Position numbers and translations under genes: made by a program | DNA from: Paramecium tetraurelia | Lineage: Eukaryota | Direction of reading: 5' to 3' | DNA length: 64,000 nucleotides | Assembly: GCA_000165425.1 (NCBI GenBank) | Contig: CT868119.1 | Span: forward strand, 434,001-498,000 | Notes under the pieces: generated by a model | Told to the model about the DNA's origin: nothing | Database searches by the model: none | What the model saw: only the letters and a program-made list of their open reading frames with translations | In this document: positions 54,470-64,000 of the stretch, piece after piece | Layout: every line of letters starts with the position of its first letter | How positions within the stretch are numbered: the stretch's first letter is position 1

Positions 54470-55849
54470 ATGATTGAAATATCAATTTCATAAATCAGTT
54501 TAAAACAAGCATTGGGCAATTGCTAAATCAATATTGGGATTAAATGCGGTACAATTCTTAACTATTATTAGGTGAAAGGAAGGAAATATTGTATTAATAG
54601 TTTTCATCAACTCAAAAAATAATCAAATATTCTTAGCCTCATTAATATGGATTTGACACCCAAAACACGAAATTTGTAAAATTAAAGCATAATTCATTGT
54701 TAGCTGTAATTTTATATTGAAACTCCTGATGAATAAGGGTATATTAAACTTTTGGGCAGTTCAAAATTGCTTATCAATGATGTTTAAGGAAGAGAAGTTT
54801 CTCATAAAATAGAGCTTGAACATGGCAACATAATGAATTTGGTATTACGATGCACTGCTGAAGTACGCAATTCTTCAAAATAAATACCAACAATGAATAA
54901 TAGGATCGATAATTATCATATGATGTCGGTAAATAAGTCAGAACCTATAATTAACAAGAAACGCTATGGAAGCCCTTAACCTAACAAAAATTAACCTTCT
55001 CGTTCTCCTTAGCACAAGAAATTGCCTCCTCAACCTTAACCTTAACCAGTTGTGCTTCAACAACAACAATTCCAATAACAATAACAATAATAATAACAAC
55101 AACAATAACAACAACCTTAATAATAGATATTATAACCTACTAGTAGCAATCTAAGCAAAAGTAGTGCTTCAAGCATAAAGCATTAAAAAATATTAGAGGA
55201 TTATAAATAAGTGATGCAGAACAGCATTCTAGATGAAAGCGAAGAATTTCAAAATAGTCCAGATCATAGAATGGATCCTCCTTAACCGATTATGGAATTT
55301 TAAAAAAATAGCATTACTCCAAGGTAAAGTTCTAAATAAATTGAAGAAATTTAATTTGCATAATATAAATAAATGGTTAAAGAATTATCATTACTACTTG
55401 ATGTCTAGCAAGACTGTGATTCAATTGTTTATGCTGTGTAATAATTATTGCAAAAATATCGAGGTTAAAATGAATAAATAATGAAAATTTAATGTGAGAA
55501 TCAAATTTTGTTCAGTCAATATAACAGCTTACAGCAGCAAAAAAGTTTAATTGAATCCAAGACAGATGAATTTAAAAATCAAATTAAATCGAAATTGAAA
55601 ACATACAAAAGCTTATTTGACGAAAATGTTTAGCTTAAAAATTAACTAAAAGAAGACCTTTAAAAAATAGTTGATCTAAATATTTAGATTAGAGAGTTAA
55701 AGGGGGATCAATTAGAAAAATAACAAATAGATTAAGAAATTCAACACTTAAAGCAGTAAATAGATAAAGTAACAATGAATGTCGATCAAAAATCGTATGA
55801 TTATGCAATACTAACTGAAGAAATAAACTTAATTCAATATAATGTATGA
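54470..55849 (+). CDS. Poly-Q/coiled-coil protein with beta-rich N-terminus
   Basis: CAA/TAA/TAG poly-Gln at ~55058-55126 and a C-terminal coiled coil ending QYNV-TGA. The 5' exon structure is uncertain. Confidence 0.6.
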
Positions 55850-55901
55850 TTTATAATATTAATTGTATATCTTATAGTATTAATTCGTAGTTATTCTTAT
55901 T

Positions 55902-57093
55902 TCAATGATAGCTCTAGTTTTAGGAATATATTGTTATCTGATGATGAAAATTTATACTCAGAAATATTTAAATTACTGTTTAAGCAATTGTAATTTGGTC
56001 TTAAGATACAATTTAGCTAATAATATTTTGTATTTGAGATTAATTTTTCACATAAAGATAAACGCACAATCATTAAATTTTGGAGCTTATTCTTCTAGGA
56101 TTTTAAAATATTTTTTTCCTAATATTATGCTTTTCCTTAATAATGTCGCTTTGTGTCAAATTTTGTATTTTTACTTAATGGAATTATCCAATAGTAGGTT
56201 TTAATTTATTTTCTTCGATAACTGACTTTAGATATTCACACATTTTAGATTATTTATGCAATTTTGTTTTAGATTTGTAATTATACATCCATTCTATGTT
56301 TGTAGGTTCGGCTAAACGCCGTTTGTTAAGTAAAACTTATTGCATTTTGATGCCTGAACTTGTCTTAATTCTATATTCCGAAGGTTTGTCAATTATTAAA
56401 TCATCTAGTCGTAATTAAGAATAATTTGAGTTATTGCCCTACTTCTTATTTCTTTATTCTTCTGAATGATCAGATTTCAAAATGCTTGTTTTTAAAGGCA
56501 TAGACAGGGTGTGAAACTTTGCTCGCATTATAATTATTAGGTCAATTAATTATATAATACTCAATTAAGATCCAAATATTTATTGATATATGAATCACTG
56601 TAGATGCTGTCTTCTTAATCATATTCTTCCATTATATTACGAATGAGAGGTCTGTGTTGAAATATTTTCATTCCTGATCCGTGATTTTCTAACTATTGTT
56701 AATACTTAATATAACTATCCTGAGTATCAGACAATGTATCAGTGTATTACTCTTGCTATTGTTTGTATTCAGCTTTTATATTTATTATTTAATACCATAT
56801 TTAAGGGTCAGTTGATCATACTAAATTTTTTTTAATTCATTATGCAATTTAGGATTAACTTAATGTATTTCATGCATTAAATTCAATTTCTTAACTTTAT
56901 GAATATTCTAGTATATTTTCTATTCCTAATCCAAACGTAGTTTATGAATTGATTTTACTATTGGAATCTTTTAAGTGATTGAATCTAAACAATGTCTAAA
57001 TGATTTTTTATTGCTGTAGTTCACGTGTTGCAAAGGTGGACAATTTTCCTTTATTTCAAGCAAACACTGTGATATTGCTCCTCCTGGGATCAT
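55902..57093 (-). CDS. Hypothetical protein
   Basis: MIPGGAISQCLLEIKENCPP... is open in the ciliate code with probable tiny introns. Confidence 0.5.
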
Positions 57094-58301
57094 TAATTTT
57101 AATTAATATTCGTTAAAAATACTTTAATTAATATACATCAATATTTTCTTTTTTTCTAATAGATTTCTATTGCGCCAAATTTATTCTTTATTAATATGCC
57201 AACTTAAAGAAAATCACAAATGAATGACATAAAATTTCAACAATCTATTCACTTTTTTTATACTAGCTCCAATCAAATAACGATAGCTATTACTTAAACT
57301 TTCTGTATGTTATATCTTTAAGAATATATTTTACATTTCTAGCAAAGTCAGAGCATCCTTAGTATAAAGGATTTTGATTTTAAATGCAAATATAATGAAA
57401 AAATAATATTAAATAGCTTTTTTCTTTGCTGCTTTCAATTCTAAAAGAAAATAAGAACGAACATAATTCTAAAATTAATTTTCTTCAAAGTTTCCTAACT
57501 GATTTATGGAAAGAATATTAAACTTTTGTAATTTTGAACTTTCAAACTCAGAAGTTAGATTAATGAATTATTTAAATTAGAAGTTTAATAAATTTTGAAT
57601 TGAAAATATGTGAAAATATAAAAAAAATTTTGAATTTTGATCAAAAATTAATTGCAAATTTTACACATTTTTTACAGGGTTATTTACACACAAAAATTGA
57701 AATTCATAACAATTATCAGAGGTTTAAAGTTACATATGAAATATTCATATCATTATACTAGTATTTATAGTAGCTGAATTATTATTTACTTCAGAGATTA
57801 ACTTTGTATAATTAACATTGATTTCTAAATCTTAATTATTTTCTTATATTGTAAATAAAAAATACTGGAAAATTTTATCCTATAGAAATATGCAATATGA
57901 TTAATCCTTTAAAATTTCATTATTTTCTATCATGCTTTTAAGTTTTTAATAAAAAGTTATATTTTTTACATCATCATTTATTTTAATTTAAACTTGTTTA
58001 TTATTATTGAAATCATGCTAAGATTAGAATAAAAACTAGAAATGATTGAGGATACACAGAATTTATTTTTAATATTAGAAATTTTATTACATTGAAAATT
58101 TAAAGCAAATAACATAAATATTCTTGAAATGGCAGTGGATTTTTTGGTCTAAAATTTAGAATGATGAAATAAATTTAATTATTTGATAGCAACTAAATTG
58201 GCTTGAATTTTCTTTAATAATAACATCGTAGGATATTCTTAAGGGTATAAGACTAAAACAGTAAAATGAAAATGCTCATTTATTGTATATGTAAAAATAA
58301 G

Positions 58302-61300
58302 TCATTCCAATTAAATATTGAATAAATTTTCAACTAAATTCTCTTATTTAGCTTGCAGACTCTTAACTTCTTTATCGTTATGAAATTTTTCTACATAATA
58401 ATTATAATTTTTACTCATAAAATTAATTTTATCCTCTTCCTCATATCCATATTTTTCAAAAATTACATCATCAATCAATGTATTTAATAGAATTGGTTTA
58501 GCATCTTAAACATCTTCCATATCCTAATGATTAATTATAAAAAATTACATTGAAAAGATCTAAAATTTAACCAAAGTATTCATGCTTTGTATAAGATTCT
58601 ATGACATCTATTTAATATTTCATAAGTTCGATTCCTTATTGTTTTCTTAAAGAGACTTTAATTTAAGGGATGTCTTTCATATTTTATTGAACAAAAGTTA
58701 ATTATTCTACGAATTCTTTTCCAAATTCTTCATGTTGTGAGTAAAATACAAAAGAATTTTAAAATGCTTCTTCATTAATATTCAAACTCTATGCAATACA
58801 ATTAAAACCTTCTTAGATTATCCTAAATTATTCCTCAGCCATTTGAATAACATATTTAATGTAATCAGAGAATCTTTTTTAGTTTAATGCACTTCTTCTA
58901 ATTCTTCTTACATTTTCTAAATAATTTACGTATTCATCAGCAATTATTTCTTTGCATCCATCCAAAATTAAACTCATAGTTTCTAATTCTAAAATGTTTT
59001 CGTATCCTGGTTCTGTTCTATAAGTAACAGGTATATTCTTATTTATTAATTTCTTTCTGCTATTAAAGGTTAAGTCTAAATATCCAGGTAAAACTCTTTA
59101 TTTTTAATCCATTTCAGCAAGAAAAGAAGAATCTTCTCTTATATCTTAAGAAAATTCATTTTGCATAATATTTGACATGGATGTTATTTTTTATTCTCTA
59201 TCGATTGGACTAGGAGCATCTAATTTTGAAAGAATTTTCTAATTAAAATCTTGTTTTTATTGTTGAGACGATAACTATTAGGCAGGTATGAATTCTGTAC
59301 TATCATTTTGAACTTAAAGCAATTCTCCTTTCTATATAATTTCAACTTCATTATCGATTTCTTATTATTATACCCCTTATTAAAGTTGAACAGATTTTTT
59401 AGATTCAGTATTAGTTTAGATATTTTCTATTGGTTTATCTTTACTTACAAATACTTCTTCTTCCTCTACAAACTATGGTTAATTTGATCCGGTTTAAACA
59501 ACTTATTCAACAATATTTTCTGATTATTATTAAGTATTTTCTTTATTTTCAACTGGTTTATCCTTACTGACAAATACTTCTTCTTCCTCTACAAACTATG
59601 GTTAATTTGATCCGGTTTAAACAACTTATTCAACGAAATTCTCTGATTATTATTAAGAATTTTGTCGATTTTCAACTGGCTTATCCTTACTGACAAATAC
59701 TTCTTCTTCTTCGACAAACTATGGTTAATTTGAGCCAGTTTAAATAACCTATTCAACGATATTAACTGATTATTATTAAGTATTTTGTTGATTTTCAACT
59801 GGCTTATCCTTACTTACAAATACTTCTTCTTCTTCTACGAATTAAGGTTAATTTGAACCAGTTTAAACGATCTATTCAACAATACTTCCTGATTATTATT
59901 AAGTATTTTGTTGATTTTCAACAGGCTTATCCTTACTTACAAATACTTCTTCTTCTTCTACGAATTAAGGTTAATTTGAACCAGTTTAAACAATCTATTC
60001 AACTTCATTTAGAATATTTTATTCTAAATTTCCTTATTATAGTTCAATTTATATTTCTTGGTTTCCACTCTAAAGGTTCAACTCGCTCTCAATATCTATT
60101 TCTTTTAGAATATTTATTTCTTATTATTCTTATATTTTTAATGGTTCTTATTCAATATGTTTGATTTAATTATTTTAATTCAAATTATCGTCTTGTTTTA
60201 TTTCATTATTTTAATTTTTTATTATTATCTCATCTGTTTCTTTCGCTTTTGGTACATAAAGCTCATTTGAAGATTACTTAGCTGGTTTTTTCTAAACCAC
60301 TTTTTAAACCTGTTGAGGTTGCTTAACTTCATATAAATCCCTTTGTTATGGTTATTAATTTTTTTAAGGTTACTTTTATTTTTAATTTGACTTTTACTTT
60401 TAATCTTGGGTATTTTGATTTTAAGTGGTAGTTTAGAGATCCTATGGATCTTATTCTTTTGGCTTTTGGACTTTTGGTTCAAATATAGGTTTTTCTTCAA
60501 ACCTCACTTATGGTTTTTTTGTATTTGCACTTTCGTGCTTTTAATCTTAAGCTTCAGATTTATTTAACAATATGGAAGTTGTAGGCTCCTTTTCACTATC
60601 TCATTCTTAATTTGACCCTGTTTATTAATTTTCATCTTGGTCTTTTGGTTTTTAATTCAATTCATTTGCCTTTACTTGATAAATTTCCTTTTATTTTTGC
60701 TCAGGTTGTTTTTTTTCTTATATAGGCCTTCTAAATTTCTTGACCCTTCCAAAAACATCTTTTCCAGTTGTATTAACAGTTAGAACTACCTAAGTTGTGA
60801 AGAATGATTTTGAAGTGTCTTTATTTGTTTCAAAAGTAATAGGAGGGTCAGTAAATAGTTTCTACTCGTTCTTCTCTTGTTAGATTGGTTTAAGGAAATT
60901 AATTTTGGATTTGAATTAAATTTTTTTAGTTTCTGATGATTTAACAACTTATTGTGGGAGTGGTTCTGACTTTTCTACAAAAACCTCATTAGAACCAGTT
61001 ACTCTAGTTTTTGGCATTTTGGCTTAGATTAATTGATCTATTTCTTCTCTAGTCATAAACTTTGGCTAAACTTCAGGCATTTTATATTCAATTTTTGGGG
61101 GAGCAGCAACATACTATGTTTTGAACAATTAATCAGCATTTTTGACTTCATATTAAGTATGTTTAGAAATGACCTTTGCTCTATGGATATCTTCTATTTA
61201 TTGAATTCTCAATTTATATGCTTCCTCAATCTTTTTAGCATCTTCTTTTAACTATTAGTATTCTTCTTTCGTGAATAATCCTTTTTTTTTTGTCTATTTA

Positions 61301-62838
61301 ACTTCTTCTGCTTCTTATTTGGATGAATCTTATTCTTTGTTTCTGCAATATAAAATATAATAATTACATATTCTTAATTGATTTTGGTTCGACAGATATC
61401 CACCCCTCCTCTTCATCAATTTAGTCATCAACAATTTTTTTTAATTGCTTTTTTTATTATTTAGTTTAATTTTTATCATTCTCATTCTGTTTTTATTTTG
61501 ACTAATCTTAGACTTAGTTATTTGGTTTTTACTGTGTTTAGACAATTGGTTATGTTTGTTATTATTATTTTGGTTACTAAACCTTTTAGGAAGAGTTTAC
61601 TATGGGTTATTATGGTTATTGTGGTTATTATGGTTTTTAAGGGATGTTTTATTACTATTATTGCTATTTCTAAGGTTGAATTTGTGGTTAACCTTTGATC
61701 ACTTGCTACTTTGTATCCTCTTATTTTAATTCTAAGATTACAAAAACAACTACCTTATGTTTATTTAATTCCTTGTTACTAGTTTCTTTCTTATTATTAT
61801 TATTATGTTTTTTGTGATTATTATGGGGGAAGCTTTTTTTTGTTACCAACTTCTACCCATTCTTCATCATTTTCATCTTCTTCAATCTCTACTCTAAATT
61901 TTTATTTTTCCTATTTTTATTTCTATTTTTTCTCTTATTGGGTTTAAGGATTCTAAATATAAAATAATATTTACAATCTTTTCTTTTTAAGTTGGAGCCT
62001 TTTGTTGTATAGGTTATTATTGTTGTTTTTAGATTTATGAATCTTCTTTTTAAGTTGATGATTTTTATTTATCGACTTCTGGTTTTTTTTGCTTTGTTTA
62101 TTTTGCACTTTATTCAGCTTGTAGTAATTTTTGCTTGTCTAATTCTGCTTATTTTTGTAATTCAATTTATTTTTACTCATCTTCTTAGGCTTCCTCTTCT
62201 GATGATTCAGGTGAATCTTGTTCGATTTATTAATTTTATTCAGATTATCTAAGTTATTGCTTTTATTGTTGTTGAGATTTCTATTATTAATCACTTTTGT
62301 ATTATGATTTTTTTTTTTATTATTACTTTTGGTTCAGCTTCTTGGGCTACTGGAGTTAGATGTTAACTTCATCTTGAATAAATTTTTGATACTATTTGGA
62401 TTATGAAACAATATACCATTGATAACAAAATTGCTTTTGAGCTATACATGAATATACTAAAACAAATAAATTTGAATAATTACCCTATTCCTATTAAAAT
62501 GGCCGCATAACCTAGGAATTTTTGTAATGCATCCGACTTTCTTCTAGTCATAAGGGTTACAATTCCTATAAGTCTAGAAATAATCAAAAGAGAGCATACA
62601 TGGCAAATGAAGGCAAAAGGATTTATATTCTTTTCATATTTAAATAAAATATTAATTTTTGGATAAACTCATCAAAGATTTAAATAAATGACTCATACTA
62701 TTCAAATAAGAATAATCTAGAATAAAATTTAATATCAACACAAAGCAGTACACATGAATAGGTATTGAGCAGCTGATTTCTCAAAGAAACTCTTTACAAT
62801 AATGAAGGTAAATTCTGATTAATGTATTCAATCGACAT
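58302..62838 (-). CDS. Giant N-terminally membrane-anchored Q/E/K-rich protein with 41-aa repeats and a C-terminal helical domain
   Basis: Hydrophobic N-terminal segments (LIGIVTLM..., FLGYAAILIGIG/IFMYSSKAILLSM), about 1000 aa of low complexity, 5 repeats and a C-terminal domain. The 5' exons are approximate. Confidence 0.7.
59426..60004 (-). repeat. Coding tandem repeat, 123-bp unit, about 4.7 copies
   Basis: The anchor aaactatgg/gaattaagg recurs at 59470, 59593, 59716, 59839 and 59962. The unit encodes VEQIVQTGSNQPQFVEEEEVFVSKDKPVENQQNTQQQSGSI. Confidence 0.95.
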
Positions 62839-63833
62839 GGAATAAGTATCAAAAAAATAGCAACTATTCAATTAGATTCAATATAATATAAATTATTTAT
62901 GATCGAAAGAATATGGATTTATGCATATATACCTAAATTATATTAATATTATTAATTAATAAAATTCTACTTCTCACTTATAATTAAATTATAAATAGTA
63001 TTGTTAAACCTTATTGAGTCTTTTAGATAAATATTTAAGAAGTTAAAATCAAATGTCTTTTGATCCACATTTAGACCAGAATCATTAAAATATCCATATA
63101 ATATAGTAAAACACACATTTAAATTGTAATTAATATCCTATTTTATTAAAATAAAATATTATTTCTTCAAATTTTAAGAATTTTTATTTTTTATTATTCT
63201 AAATCCAAACTTGATTGTATTTTTAAGATTAAATTAACAGTTAATCATAGACTTATAAATGCAAGATTTTTTCAAATTATTAATATTCTACTTATTTTCT
63301 AATGTATTAACCTTTATTATTGTTTACATATTATGATATTAATTAAATTTATAAATGTATGCGCATTTTTCTTTTGAAATAAAAAGAATGAATGTGAAAA
63401 CTCCAAATAGTTTAAAATTATCTTTTGAACAACTATTTTTTTCCCTTTGAAAATGAGTTTAATTTAAATTTACAAGAATAGAATTCACTTCAACATTATA
63501 TATTAAGTTATTATCAATTAAACTTATATTGATTATTGCATAATTTCTTGAAGGAGAATTATAAAAATAAAAAAAATTGTATTAATTTAATTTAAATCAA
63601 AACATACATTGTTAAAAGATTTAATTTAGTGAAATGTTTGAGGCATCAAAAATTACTTGAATTGAATTTCGGATAATAAAATTATTTATCCAGAAAACAA
63701 ATACCAATCAAATTTTTCCATCTTAACAAATACACCTTTTACCTAATGTTCAAAAGGCTCTATATTGCAATTAATAATAAATGCACCTTATTTATAAGTT
63801 TTGTGCTCAAAATTTATAAATTAATTAATTATA

Positions 63834-64000
63834 ATGCATTAATAATTGCCGCCAGAATAACTAGATAGACTTATTTGTCTAGAAGCTAGAATTCATAGGA
63901 AATCAAAAGAGGAAATCATATAAGAGCAATTCTTATAGATGGAGAGCGAAAGGCAAACAGATGAAAATGATCGTAATAAACAGAATGTAGATTCTAATAA
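63834..64000 (+). CDS. 5' end of a hypothetical protein (runs off the window)
   Basis: MHQQLPPEQLDRLICLEARIHRKSKEEIIQEQFLQMESER... Confidence 0.55.

Noticed and set aside
54966..55154. Poly-Asn ORF in the track
   Set aside because: Wrong frame; the real frame is poly-Gln encoded by CAA/TAA/TAG.
59426..60004. CRISPR-like array
   Set aside because: The whole 123-bp unit repeats with no unique spacers, it is in frame within a CDS, there are no cas genes and the context is eukaryotic.
62308..62318. Possible frameshift at the 11-T homopolymer
   Set aside because: Counting the bases shows the minus-strand frame is preserved (TAA AAA AAA AAA TCA).

Overview
This is eukaryotic, very AT-rich, gene-dense DNA that reads as ciliate macronuclear chromosome, most consistent with Paramecium. 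TAA and TAG encode Gln, TGA is the only stop, and genes are interrupted by 20-30 nt GT..AG introns. The supplied ORF track uses the wrong code, so it is fragmentary or antisense. Re-reading by hand gives about 40 genes. Recognisable ones include a MORN/RSPH1-like protein, PPP4R2-like, ATP synthase i/j-like, SAPS, TSR3, JMJD6-like, a PH-kinase, WD40, calcyphosin-like, a three-repeat Myb, RPS15, three RING ligases, GH63 glucosidase I, Exo84-like, CDPK, NDUFS5-like, an IQ/DUF4378 protein and p24. Two 150-N gaps appear to be false gaps. The most notable observations are: (1) a ~90-nt hairpin with H/ACA-guide-like geometry in a divergent intergenic region; (2) an unnamed ~200-aa domain shared by two membrane-anchored proteins about 49 kb apart, one also carrying 123-bp tandem repeats and acidic W-x-x-V motifs; (3) small lipid-anchored proteins with SILK+RVxF PP1-docking motifs; (4) a Cys-rich single-pass microprotein missed by the ORF track. 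No CRISPR, tRNA, rRNA, telomeric repeats or transposon could be supported. All gene models and family calls are manual and from recalled motifs; no database search was run.
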